Source: the human T2T-CHM13v2.0 reference genome, Homo sapiens
DNA length: 64,000 nucleotides
Assembly (NCBI RefSeq): GCF_009914755.1
Contig: NC_060941.1
Strand: one strand, 5' to 3'
Positions 1-15,690 of the stretch are shown here, piece by piece. Position 1 is the first letter of the stretch. Each line of letters opens with the position of its first letter. Under the pieces are notes generated by a model. It did not search any database, was not told the DNA's origin, and saw nothing but the letters and a program-made list of their open reading frames with translations. Both the position numbers and the translations under genes were made by a program.

Positions 1-129
1 ACTTAGATCCCACTTGTCAATTTTGGCTTTTATGGCAATTATTTTTGGCATTTTTGTCATGAAGTCTTTGCCCATGCCTATGTCCTGAATGGTATTGCCT
101 AAATTTTCTTCTGGGGTTTTTATGGTTTA

Positions 130-264
<135 letters not shown>

Positions 265-1815
265 CTATTGTTTATTTTTGTCAGGTTTGTCAAAGATCAG
301 ATGGTTGTAGATGTGTGGTGGTATTTCTGAGGTCTCTGTTCTGTTCCATTGGTCTGTATGTATGTTTTGGTACCAGTACCATGCTGTTGTGGTTACTACA
401 GCCTTGTAGTATAGTTTGAAGTCAGGTAGCATGATGCCTCCAGCTTTGTTCTTTTTGCTTAGGATTGTCTTGGCTATACAGGCTCTTTTTCAGTTCCATA
501 TGAATTTTAAAGTAGTTTTTACCAATTCTGTGAAGAATCTCAATGGTAGTTTGATGGGAATAACATTGAATCTATAAATTACTTTGAGCAGTATGGCCAT
601 TTTCATGATATTGATTCTTCCTATCCATGAGCATGGAATGTTTTTCCATTCATGTCCTTTCTTACTTGAGCAGTGGTTTGTAGTTCTCCTTGAAGAGGTC
701 CTTCACATCCCTTGTTAGCTATATTCCTAGGTATTTTATTCTCTCTCTTTGTAGTGATTGTGAATGGGAGTTCATCCATGATTTGGCTCTCTGCTTGTCT
801 AATGTTGGCGTATAGGAATGCTTGTGGGTTTTGCACATTGATTTTGTATCCTGAGACTTTGTTGAAGTTGCTTATCAGCTTAAGGAGTTTTTGGGCTGAG
901 ATGATGGAGTTTTCTAAATATAGAATCACGTCTTCTGCAAACAGACAATTTGGCTTCCCCTCTTCCTATGTGAATACACTTTATTTCTTTCTCTTGCCTG
1001 ATTGCCCTGGCCAAAACTTCCAATACTGTGTTGAATAGGAGTAGTGAGAGAGGGCATCCTTGTCTTGTGCCGGTTTTCAAAGGGAATGCTTCCAGCTTTT
1101 GCCCATTCAGTATGATATCAGCTGTGGGTTTGTCATAAATAGCTCTTATTATTTTGAGATATGTTCCATCAATACCTACTTTATTGAGAGATTGTAATGT
1201 GAAGGGATATTGAATTTTATCAAAGACCTTTTCTTCATCTGTTGAGATGATCATGTGGTTTTTGTCATTGGTTCTGTTTATGTGATAGATTATGTTTATT
1301 GATTTGCATATGCTGAACCAGCCTTGCATCCCAGGGATGAAGCCCACTTGATTGTGGTGGGTAAGCTTTTTGATGTGCTGCTGGATTTGGTTTGCCAGTA
1401 TTTTATTGAGGATTTTCGCATTGATGTTCATCAGGGGTATTGGCCTAAAGTTTTCTTTTTTTGTTGTGTCTCTGCCAGGTTTTGGTATAAGGATGATGCT
1501 GGCCTCATAAAATGAGTAAAGGAGGAGTCCCTCCTTTTCAGTTGTTTGGAATAGTTTGAGAAGGAATGGTACCAGCTCCTCTTTGTACCTCTGGTAGAAT
1601 TCGGCTGTGAATCCATCTGGTCCTGGACTTTTTTCAGTTGGTAGACTCTTAATTATTACCTCAATTTCAGAACTTGTTACTGGTCTATTCAGGGATTCAA
1701 CTTCTTCCTGGTTCAGCCTTGGGAGGGTGTATGTGTCCAGGAATTTATCCATTTCTTCTAGATTTTGTAGTTTATTTGCATAGAGGTGTTTATACTATTC
1801 TCTGGTGATAGTTTA

Positions 1816-1953
<138 letters not shown>

Positions 1954-2814
1954 TCATTGATTGTTTCAAGGGTTTTTCTTGTCTCTATACTCTTCAGTTC
2001 TGCTCTGATCTTAGTTATTTCTTATCTTCTGCTAGCTTTTGGATTTGTTTGCTCTTGCTTCTCTAGCTCTTTTAATTGTGATGTTAGGGTGTCAATTTGA
2101 GATCTTTCTGGCTTTCTGATGTGGGCATTTAGTGCTATAAATTTCCCTCTTAACACTGCTTTTGCTGTGTCCTAGAGATTCTGGTAAGTTGTGTCTTTGT
2201 TCTCATTGGTTTCAGAGAACTTCTTGATTTCTGCCTTAATTTCATTATTTACCCAGGAGTCATTCAGGAGCAAGTTGTTCAATTTCCTGTAGTTGTTTGG
2301 TTTTGAGTGAGTTTCTTAATCCTGAGTTCTAATTTGATTGCACTGTGGTCTGAGAAACTGTTTTTTATTATTTCAGTTATTTTGCATTTGCTGAGGAGTG
2401 TTTTACTTCCAATTATGTGGCTGATTTTAGAATAAGTGCCATGTGGCACTGAGAAGAATGTCTATTCTGTTGATTTGGGGTGGAGAGTTCTGTAGATGTC
2501 TATCACGTCCACTTGATCCAGAGCTGAGTTCCAAGTGCTGAATATCCTTGTTAATTTTCTGTCTCGTTGGTCTGTCTAATATTGACAATGGGGTGTTAAA
2601 GTCTCCCACTATTATTGTGTGGGAATCTAAGTCTCTGTAGGCCTCTAAGAATTTGTTTTATGAATCTGGATGCTCCTGTATTGGGTGCACATATATTTAG
2701 GATAGCTCTTATTGTTGAACTGATCCCTTTACCATTATGTAATGCCCCCTTTGTCTTTTTTGATCTTTGTTGGTTTAAAGTCTGTTTTGTCAAAGACTAG
2801 GATTGCAACCCCTG

Positions 2815-2815
<1 letters not shown>

Positions 2816-2845
<30 letters not shown>
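2816..2845. repeat. T30 homopolymer (expanded internal A-run of L1 ORF2)
   Basis: 30 consecutive T within the L1 endonuclease region, where the L1 consensus has a short A-run. Confidence 0.9.
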
Positions 2846-2848
<3 letters not shown>

Positions 2849-2982
2849 TTCCATTTGCTTGGTAAATTTTCCTCCATCCCTTTATTTTGAGCCTATGTGT
2901 GTCTTTGCACGGGAGATGGGTCTCCTGAATACAGCACACAGATGGGTCTTGACTCTTTATCCGATTTGCCAGTCTGTGTCAG

Positions 2983-3279
2983 GTTTTTTGTTTTGTTTTG
3001 AGATGGAGTCTTGCTCTGTTGCCCAGGGTGGAGTGCAGTGACATGATCTCAGCTCACTGCAACCTCTAACTCCCAGGTTCAAGGGATCCTCCTGCCTCAG
3101 CCCCCCTAGTAGCTAGGATTACAGGCATGCGCCACCATGCCTGGCTAATTTTTGTATTTTTAGTAGAGACAGTTTCGCCATGTTGGCCAGGCTGGTCTCA
3201 AACTCCTGACCTCAGGTGATCCACCTGCCTCAGCCTCCTAAAGTGCTGGGATTATAGGCATGAGCCACTGTGCCCGGTC
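2983..3279 (-). mobile_element. Alu (AluS-like) inserted in L1 ORF2
   Basis: Alu dimer on the minus strand; direct repeat tctgtgtc at 2973-2980 and 3281-3288. Confidence 0.95.
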
Positions 3280-6200
3280 ATCTGTGTCTTTTAATTGGGG
3301 CATTTAGTCCATTTACATTTAAGGTTAATACTGTTATGTGTGAATTTGATCCTATCATCATGATGCTATCTTGTTATCTCACACACTAGTTGATGCAATT
3401 TCTTCATGGTGTCATTGGTCTTTATATTTTGGTGTGTTTTTGCAGTAGCTGGTACTGGTTTTTCCTTTCCATATTTAGTGCTTCCTTCAGGAGCTCTTGC
3501 AAGGCAGGCCTGGTGGTGACAAAATCCCTCAGCATTTGCTTATCTGGAAAGGATTTTATTTCTCCTTTGTTTATGAAGCTTAGTTTGGCTGGATATGAAA
3601 TCCTGGGTTGAAAATTCTTTAAGAATGTTGAATATTGGCCCCCACTGTCTTCTGGCTTGTAGGGTTTCTGCTGAGAGGTCTGCTGTTAGTCTCATGGGCT
3701 TCCCTTTGTAGGTGACCTGGCCTTTCTCTCTGCCTGCCCTTAACATTTCTTCCTTCATTTCAACCTTGGAGAATCTGATGATTATGTGTCTTGGGGTTGA
3801 TCGTCTCGTGGAGTATCTTACTGGGGTTCTCTGTATTTCTTGAATTTGAATGTTGGCCTGTCTTGCTAGGTTGTGGAGATTCTCCTGGATAATATCCTGA
3901 AGTGTGTTTTCCAACTTGGTTCCATTTTCCTCCTTTCTTTCAGGTACTCCAGTCAATCACAGGTTTGGTCTTTTTACATAGTCCCATATTTCTTGGAGGT
4001 TTTTTTGTTCCTTTTCATTCTTTTTTCTCTAATCTTGTCTGCGTGCCTTATTTCAACAAGATGGTCTGGATATCCTTTCTTCTGCTTGGTCGATTCAGTT
4101 ATTGATTCTTGTGTATGCTTCACGAAGTTCTCGTGCTGTGTTTTTCAGCTCCATCAGGTCATTTATGTTCCTCTCTAAACTGGTTATTCTAGTTAGCAGC
4201 TCCTATAACCTTTATCAAGGTTCTTAGCTTCTTTGCATTGGGTTAGAACATGCTACTTTAGCTCAGCGGAGTTTATTACCCACCTTCTGAAGCCCACTTC
4301 TGTCTATTCGTCCATCTCATCCTTCATCCAGTTCTGCGCCCTTGCAGGAGAGGCGTTGCGATCATTTGGAGGAGAAGAGGCACTCTGGCCTTTTGAGTTT
4401 TCAGCATTTATCATTGATTCTTTCTCCTCTTCATGAGTCTGTCTAGTATTGATCTTTGAGGCTTCTGACCCTTAGATGGGGTTTTTGTGGGTATCTTGTT
4501 GTTGATGCTGTTATTGCTTTCTGTTTGTTTTTCTTGCAATGGTCAGGTCCCTCTTCTGTAGGGCTGCTGCAGTTTGCTGGGGGTTCACTTCAGGCCCTAT
4601 TCATCTGGTTCACTCCTGTGCCTGGAATTCTCACTCGAGGAGGCTGGAGAGCAGCAAAGATGGGTGCTTGCTCCTTCCTCTGGGATCTCTGACCTCAAGG
4701 GGCACTGACCTGATGCCAGTAGGAACGCTTCTGTATAGGGTGTCTGACAACCCCTGTTGGAGATTCTCAACCAGTTGGGTGGCACGGGGAGCAGGACCTG
4801 TTTATTAACAAAGCACTTTGACTGTCCCTTGGTGGACGGGGGTGCTTTGCTGGGTAGGGGGCCTTGTCTGGGCTCCCTGGATTCCTCAGAACTATGCAGG
4901 AGCAAAGACTAAGTCTGCTGGTCCATGGAGACTGCGGCCACCCTTCCACCTAGGGACTCAGGCCCAGGGAGATTAGAGTTCTATCCCTGAGTCCCTGGCT
5001 GGAGTTGTTGGAGTTCCTGCAGGGAGGCCCCGTGCAATGAGGAGGGATGGGTCAGGCCTGAAGAGGCACTCTGTCCGCGGTCTGCCACAGCCAGTGTGTT
5101 CAGCTGTGAAGGACACCTCTTGGGACTAAGCCATCCATCCTCCCTTGCTCCGGCAGGGGAAAGCGCAGCCTGGAGCTATAGAGATGGCTGCCGCCCATCC
5201 CCTGCCCAGGGAGCTTAGTGTGTTAGGCAGCTATCAGTCCTATTGTTCGCTGTTGCCCCTTCCCCAAGGAGCTCAGATGGCTTAGACAGCAGGCAGCTGC
5301 AGCCGTGGTGCTGGTCACCACCCCCGCTACCCCCAGGAGCTTGGTAGGCTTAAGCACATTCTAGCCGAGTGGCTATTGAGAATCTGTGCGGCTCCATGGT
5401 TGGGACCCTAGGCCCTGTTGGTGTGGGCTCACGAGTAGGATCTTCCGATCCATGGGTTACACAGTTCCGTGGAAAAAACATGTTTTCCCAGGCTGGGTAG
5501 CGTACTCACTCACTGCCTACCTTGGCTGGGGGTGACTCCTCTGCCCCGTGTGGCTCTCAGGTGGGCCGCCTTACCACACTGCTCTTCCTTCCTCTCTGCG
5601 GGTCACACCAGCCACATAGTCAGTTCTGATGATGGAACCTGGGTACCTCGGTTGCCGGTGCAGGATTCACACAGTGTTATGGTTCTTTTCAATGGGAGCC
5701 TCTGATCGCGTCTGCTTCTAGTCAGCCATCTTGGCCCCACCCGCTATGATTTCCCTTTTTTCTTCTGTCTTTCACATGTAGTCTGTATTTAAAACTGCTA
5801 GACATTATCCTTTCTCTAAGAGTTTGCAATCTGGTTGGAAAAACAGTATTTAAAATGTTAATAAGTAGTGTAAGTCAGTGTATAATTAAGCACTAAATTA
5901 TATGGAGTAAACTTAGTTTGGGAAGAGGAAAATAAATGAGGACTAGATTGATTAAGGAAGATACTATGAAGAAGATGAAAATTAACCTTGACTGTAATAT
6001 ATGGACATGGTATGAAGAGAAGAAGAGGGGCATTTCAGGTCAAAGGGACAACCTGCCCTAAGGCACAGGAACTGGATTGGAGCAGTTTGTCAGGGTACTC
6101 TGTGAAGACTGCCTTGTCTGCCTCAGATAGCACATGGTGGCAGGGTGTGAGGCGTGGACACGACAGAATTGAGCCATGTTACAGAAAGCCGTCAGAACCT

Positions 6201-6890
6201 GGGGAGGAGCTTAGCTTAGATTTGATACAGCAGAAAACTGCACCTTTGGACGCGCTAGAAGGGAATGACGTAATGTGGTCATTGTAATAAAGAATTGGTC
6301 TGGCATAATATCCAAAACGGAGTGACTGAGGCAGGAAGTAAGGGAAGCCAGGCAGGAAGCAAGGAGAGTAAATGTAGCAAAAGTCTGAGCTAGGTGGGAG
6401 CAGTTGGAAACGAACAGAGGTAACTGATACAAGAGATCTTTCTAAGGAAAAATTCATAAGACTTGAAGACAGACTGGGATTGCTTGGTTAAGTTTACTTC
6501 TTAAATAGCAGGAACTTTCATTTTAATTATACTCAGGATGTTTGTGATATAATGACACCCTGATATAATAACAAAATACTTCACTCATCTCCTCTACTAA
6601 TACATAAAAATTATTTTAATAAAACTCTCTTGATTCCCTTCTTCAATATTCATTCATTCAACAAATATTTACTGAGCCTTTACTATGTACCCCAGACTAT
6701 GTACTGATACAGTGATGGTTCCTGCCTTCATAGAGCTTGCATTCTAGTTAAGAAGACAGGAATAAGCAAGAAAACAAAAGAATAAATATTGTTAGATTGT
6801 AATACGTGATAAGAACATAAAATAATTAGTATTTATGATAAATTCTCCAAGAGAAACAAATAAGCCCTCTGGCTAAAAGAAAATTATGGG

Positions 6891-7175
6891 GGCCGGGCAT
6901 GGTGGCTCACGCATGTAATCCCAGCACTTTGGGAGGCCAAGGTAAGATCACTTGAGGCCAGGAGTTCAAAACCAGCCTAGGCAACATAGCAAGACCCCAT
7001 TTCTACACAAAGTTTTTTAAAAATAGTCACGTATGGTGGGACATGCCTATAGTCCCAGCTACTTGGGAGGCTAAGGCAGGAGGATTGCTTGAGCCCAGGA
7101 ATTTGAGGCTGCAGTGAGCTATGATTGCCTCTCCAGCCTGTGCAACAGAACAAGACCATGTCTCTTAAAAAAAAA
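6891..7175 (+). mobile_element. Alu (AluJ-like)
   Basis: ggccgggcatggtggctcac start, A-rich linker and A tail. Confidence 0.92.
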
Positions 7176-7897
7176 TGATGAGCAGTAGGGAAACCAACTT
7201 GAAAAGCTTATCAGGGGAAGCCCCGCTAACATAGTAGCATTTACGCTGAAACAAGAAACTGGAAGGCCAGAAGAGCTGGGGCATAGACTGAGGGGAAAGT
7301 GATGTGAGATGCCTGCAGGGGTAGGTAGGCAGGGTCCAAATCATCTAGAGCCTTGAGCACTATGGGAGGGAGTTTTGATTTTATTCTAAATGCAATAAAG
7401 AACCACTGGAGGGTTTTGCGTAGGGGAGTGATATGGTCCTTTTATCATCAGACAGGCCCAGTTCCAGCACTGGTCATTCCAGCCTCAGTCCGGGTAGCAA
7501 TAGGAGTAGTCGATAAGAAGGACCCTTTCTTTTCTAGAAAACTACCATTACTTTGTTAATTCTTATTTTATGAGCTCCTTACTCTTCTCACCCTGCTGCC
7601 CTTTCCTATGTTAGCAGGTGCTTATATCAATTCATGTAAGTTTCCTTCCCCCGATGTAATCTAAAAATAATTATCAGCTAACTTGTCTAAGATATTCAGA
7701 CCTTCATCCTACACATATTCCTCATTTCAGTGGCCTACATAAAATAAAGGCCTTAAATAAAATAAAGAGGATTTCTGCTACATTTTTATATTCTATAGAA
7801 TTCAAACTCAAGAGTTTCAGGGCTTGTATGAGTATAGAACTGTCACATAATCACAGAAGAATATTGGTGTGGTTCTTTGATTTTCTATAGAGATTAA

Positions 7898-8286
<389 letters not shown>

Positions 8287-9959
8287 TGTATCCAGAGTTT
8301 TAATCCTTTCCTCCCAGATGTTGAGGAAATTATATCTCTAATTCATATTTAGTGGGGGAAGGCCTTTACATAACAGAAAGAAAGCAGGAAAGCTATTTCT
8401 ATCCCATAGTAAATTTCTTCTTATATTTTAATTTTGGTGCTCTTCAGCTCCATAATCCCTTAGACTTGAAACTGGAAAAATCTTTGGCTTCTTCCGCTCC
8501 CTATCCCTCTACATCTAGTTTTTTGACAGGTCCTACATATTTCTTCACTCTTTGCTGTTTCATTGGTGTCTCCCTTGTTCAGGCCTTCATCACATTTTCT
8601 GGGACTATTATAGTGAGTAGTAGTCTTCAGGGTATCTCCAGTCTGTCTTCCCTCTCCAGTGAGCCAAGCCTAGTATTAGGTCCACTTCAGTGGGTCATCA
8701 CTGCCTGTCACTCAAAGGAAATATAAACCAAGTACTCAGCCTGACATTCAGACTGTCCTGGCAGAAATAGCCAATTTTATATATTTATATATTTTTTGAT
8801 TTTTAAAATCATTCTGTAATAGCTACAACAGTTAAAATTTGTAACTACATATACTTTGTTTTCATTTTCTAAAAATGTATACACAGTAAAAGTGGGAGAG
8901 AGATAGCCAGGACATATATGCTTGTGTGTTTCAATTGATGTAGTTTAATTAGTTGTTGGATTTGGCAGTAGTTATATTCACCCATGCATGACAGAATAAT
9001 TTGTGATTGTGATAAAATATTTGCTTATTTTGTCTTTGGGTAAAATAACAACCAATTCATTTTGCAGCTTTTTAAAAAATAGCTAATATTCCTATTGAAA
9101 AATTTTTTTAAAAAAATTATAATTAAAGATATAATTAATCCTATCATACCTTCACTATTTTTGTTTTGGAGTATTGTTAGCTTCCATCTGCATATACTGT
9201 AAATTGTAATCATAATATATATTGTTTTTTATTCTACTGTTTTACTAAATTTTATTTCATAAATACTTCCACATTTCCATGATTCTGGAAAGTATTCCTT
9301 TCTATTTTAATGTCTATGTAATTTTTGGTAGATACACCATAGTTTACTAAATCACCTTTACTAACACCATACATGCTGCAAAAAATGTGAGTGTGTGTAT
9401 GTATGTATGTGTTAGTGTGTGTGTGTTTGCACTTTTCTTATGAATCATTTCCTTAGAATAAGTTCCCAGAACAGGATTTTAAGGTCAAATTGGCATTTGC
9501 AAAATGTCGGTTCTCTAAAAGTTGGACACATTTACAGTGCTACCAGTAACTGAAGAAACTAATATTTTTTCAAAAGATGGTTTTGAATATGATTACATAC
9601 CAAAAAACCGTATTTTTTTCTAATGGTAGATATAGTTTGCTTTAATTTGTATTTATTTGGTTATGTCAAAGATAAACATTTTTAAATGTTTGCTTTCTAA
9701 ATTGTTTTGTGAATTATCTGGGTTTTTAAAATATGACATTAAAACTAAATCATTGTTTTCAAATGTGTAATATATATCTGCTAAGATGAAATAATTATCT
9801 GTCTTTGGTTTAAGAAGATGTTTTATGGTTATTTCAAGAAATCCATTTAATGAAACTTAAATGGAGCATTTTCTGATTAACTGTCAGAACTGAATGAATA
9901 AAATTGAAAAGATTTCTTATGGTAAATTTCAAACTAATTCCGGAAATTATTTTTGAAAC

Positions 9960-11215
<1,256 letters not shown>

Positions 11216-11784
11216 GCTTTTCGTGAGAGGAACTAGAGCATAGTAGATAAGATTCAGATTGGTAAAAGACCTTAGGCAAATAACTTAATCTCTTTTTGCC
11301 TCTGTTTTATCTATAAAATGAAAGTAGTAATAACTGTCATCAGACTGTTGTGCCAGTTAGCATGCTTAGAAATAGTTTCTGGCATATAGTAAAGGCTATT
11401 TCATTGTTAGCTGTGATTATAACAGTGGAAAACCAAAATAATCTAAACATACAACAATAAGATATTGGTTAAATAACTTATGATTTAGTTATATAATGGA
11501 AGAGTCTACACATATTAAAAATGATAATATAGATTTATGTTTTATCATGTAGAGAGATGTTCACATTACATTGCTAGGTGAAAAAAGTAAATGATGAAAC
11601 AGTATATATAGTATGATCCCATTTTTGTTTTTAAAATAAGTATATATGGTACAGGCAAAACTCAGAATACATGCTAATAGCATTTCTCTCTAGCTAATGG
11701 AAACACAGTTACTATTTTATCTACTATCCCTCAGTTTTCTATAGTGAAAATATATTGAATAAGAATATAGTAAAAGCCAAATAG

Positions 11785-12325
11785 AGGAAACAGTTGGGCA
11801 GTTTCTCAGAAAAGTGAACCTAAGAGTTTCCATATGAATCAGACATTTCACTCCTAGATATATAGCCAAGAGGATTGAAAACATATGTTCACATAAAAGT
11901 TGTACATGAATGTTCATAGCAGCATTAATCAGCCAAAAAGTGGAAGCAGCCCAAATGTTTATTAACTGATAAACAAAATATGGTATATCCATACAATGGA
12001 ATATTATTCAGCAATAAAGTAATGAATAATATTAAGCCAAGTAAAAGAAGTCAGAAGTAAAAGGCCACATACTCTATGATTCTGTTTATATGAAATGTCC
12101 AGAATAGGCAAACCTTTACAGGCAAAGTAGATTACTGATTGCCAGGGACTGGGAGGAGTGAGGATTGGGAATGACAGCTAATAGATACAGGATTTCTTTG
12201 GGGGTGATGAAGGTATTCGGGAATAGATAGCGGTGATGGTTGCAGAACTTAGTGAATATACTAAAAACCACTGAATTGTATATTTTAAAAGAGTGAATTT
12301 TATGGTTTGTGAATTACATCAGTAA
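11785..12325 (+). mobile_element. L1MB-type 3' end fragment
   Basis: Matches L1MB 3'UTR motifs (tggtatatccatacaatggaatattattcagc, atactaaaaaccactgaattgta). Confidence 0.8.
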
Positions 12326-12459
12326 AATAGTGTTTAAGTAAAATAGAATCTATTAGCTATGAGACACTAGATTTTAAAAGGATTTTTGGCAAACTAAAGT
12401 TTATTTTTCATCAAATTCTAATAATTATAGGTATGGATTTTAAAAGAGTAGTTTTTTTG

Positions 12460-12965
12460 TTCTACCAAAAAGACATATGCATGCGTATGTTCATTAAAGT
12501 ACTAGTGACAGTAACAAAGACATGGAATCTCCCTAGGTGCCCATCAGTGGTGGATAGGATAAAGAAAATGTGGTGCATATGCACCATGGAATACTATATA
12601 GCCATAAAAAAGAATGGAATCATGTCCTTTGCAGGATCATGGATGCAGCTAAAGGTCATTATCCTAAGTGAATTAACACAGGAAGGAACAAAAAACCAAA
12701 TTCTACATGTCCTCACTTATAAGTGGGAGCTAAACAATGAGTACTCATGGCTCATTGACGTAAAGATGGTAACAGTAGACACTGGGGACTGCTAGAAGGG
12801 GGAAGAAGATGGGGCAAGGGTCAAAAAACTATTAGGTACTATGCTTAGTACCTGAGGGACAGAATCATTCATACCCCAAACCTCAGCATCACACACTATA
12901 CCCAGATAACAAATCTGTACGTGTGCCCTCTTGAATCTAAAATAAAAGTTGAAATTATTAATAAA
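12460..12965 (+). mobile_element. L1PB/L1MA-type 3' end fragment
   Basis: End of L1 ORF2 (KKMWCICTMEYY) and 3'UTR ending aaataaaagttgaa. Confidence 0.85.
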
Positions 12966-14577
12966 TACAAGAGTAAATTTTGTTACAGAAATGTGAATCA
13001 GGGAATTATAAGTGACCCTGTAGCTTTATCTCCACAGCTTCCCCTAACCCCCCACAACCCCACTTTAGTTAATGAAAACTTTGGGCATTTTGTTTCTGTT
13101 GTCAGAATTTGGCTTTATATTTTAAATTATTTGCACTACTTTTGGAAATTTTAGCCTTTTTTAAATGCTCAGTTATTCTAGTGGCTTTCAGGCAGTTTTA
13201 AATGAGAGTGCACACATGTATGTGTGCGTGTGTCTGTGTTTTCTCAAGTAAGCCACCATCTCTGTATCCCACCTTGTGGTGTGTAAGTGGTTCAAGTATG
13301 TTCTAGAGTAACGTATGAAGTATAAATTATCTCATTTTCCCCTTTGTGATTTCTCTTTCTCCTCTTTCCATCTCTTTCCCACTCCTGGCCTTTCTTGTGC
13401 TCCAAAATATTTGAAAAATGGAGTTAGAGTGTAATACCTTATTTTTAATTAATTCTTTCCTTAAGCATTTTTTGAGCACCTAGTATATATCAAGGCACTG
13501 TGCTAAGGTTAAAGAAACAAAAATGAAATACCTGGTTTCAGACAGATAAAGTGATACGTCTTAGAGCTGCTCTGGGAACAGTTCAGGAAGCCGTTTAACC
13601 CAGATATGGACCATCAGGCAGGACTTCCTTTTACCATCAATATAATTAGTAGATCTTCTTTTAAAGCACGTCACATCAATTCTGCATTTTTAGAAAACTG
13701 TTGACAGTATAGTTTATTCTTGGCCCTTAGCACACCCCATAATTATATAAGCACAGAAAAAAATCTTGAGAAAAACTGTGTGGATCTATCCCCAAGAGAG
13801 ATGTATAAGCCAAAAATTATTTTTTAATTGGCATCAATAGTAAGCAGTACAGGCACAGAGACACTGGGTGAAGGCCTGCTTTCTGCTCGACTGCTTAGAA
13901 TGTTTAAGATCTTTTAAACCATCAGAGCTTTTAATGGCCTTGCTTCCCCTAATAATAATACCTACTAGATTTTAAAAAATACTAGCATGAACTTAAAGGA
14001 ATTACTATTCTCATTGGTGTTTTTAAAGAAACAAACAAGCCTCTCTATACTGCTTTCTTCAGGACTGATTTTCAACTGATACGTACTGGTATAGCCATAT
14101 TGGTTGTGAAATATTGAAATATGTTACTGGTTAGTAAAGAGCTGCTACGGTAAGCTGTCTAGATGCCCCGCCACAGCCTGGCCTTTCCAACAGGAACTTC
14201 ACTCCTGCACCTCTCCACAATCCAACAATTAAAAGGTTATCCCGTGGCGTAGCAGGAGGCCTTTAGGTCCCTTCTTCACTAGGCTTGCATCCGTAGTGAT
14301 TGCTGGTGCTTGGGCCATCCCTTCCCTGTAATAATTTTGAATATCATCCCGACTTTCGGACTGATCAAGTAAATCATTAATGTTTTATCAGTGTTTGTGT
14401 TCTGCAATTTACAGTATCAATTAGCTCTAGCTCGCCTGTGTTGCTTATCTGTATAGAATCAACATTCGCAGTTGCATTATTTCTGAATAAGCCTAGGATG
14501 CCATCATATGATAACTCAAGTCCCTAAACCACACTGCATTTTTTCTCTCTTTGTTTCTCTCAATGTTGACAGTTTGA

Positions 14578-14931
<354 letters not shown>

Positions 14932-15449
14932 TGAAGTTTTTCTGACATATTTATATTAGGTCGTATATCCTTTTATTTTCTCATCTGCAAAACCTGACTT
15001 CCACGTGAGGACTATTCATTTAGGTTGAGAGAAAGATTGTAATACTCTATTTACATCTAACCCACATACCCAGTAGTCACCTAAGCGTGACTGAAGAAAA
15101 ACCTTTCTCGTGGAATAAGTTTATGACTCCTCCGTGCCGGCTGTGTGGTTGGACTGTCCTCTAGATAACGACCGCAGCAATTGCCCGTAGAGCAATTTGC
15201 ATTCATCACTGTTGGATTTTGCTCAGTCTGTGCCCAGTTCTTCTTCTTATTTGCCAGCACAGTCTGTTTGCATCCTTCATCTCTTTGCTGTTGGCGTCAG
15301 TGTTGCACTGCTTGGACTTGAGCTTCGTTGTGTCCTTGAAGGGGTTCTCTCCTGCTTCCTTGTGAAAAGGTGCTGAGCTCTCATATGTATTCAGGCTTCT
15401 TTCATCACAACCAGGGGGCAGCCCAGTAATCACTACCAGGATCTTACTG

Positions 15450-15690
15450 ATTTATTTTTAAAACACTCATATGGTACTTACTATGTGCCAGATACTCTCT
15501 TAACTTTTTTACAAATATTGATTCATCACATCCTGTTACCAGCTCAATGAGGTTGTCTTCATTTCACAGGTAAGTAATCTGAGGCCCAGAGAGGTTAAGT
15601 AAGTTCTGCTAGGTTTTACAGCCAATAAATGGGAGAACTAAGCAGTCTGGTTTCAGAGGCCATTCTCCTATCCATTTTACTATGCTGCCT
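15450..15690 (-). mobile_element. MIR
   Basis: MIR core-like tgaggcccagagaggttaagtaa and tactatgtgccag. Confidence 0.7.

Noticed and set aside
880-1752. 290-aa reverse-transcriptase-like ORF as a functional gene
   Set aside because: It is a fragment of L1 ORF2; flanking frameshifts and stops and an Alu insertion show the element is dead.
15206-15433. 75-aa antisense ORF in non-repeat DNA near an exon
   Set aside because: Non-ATG start and no recognisable homology, poly(A) tail or TSD; length is compatible with chance.
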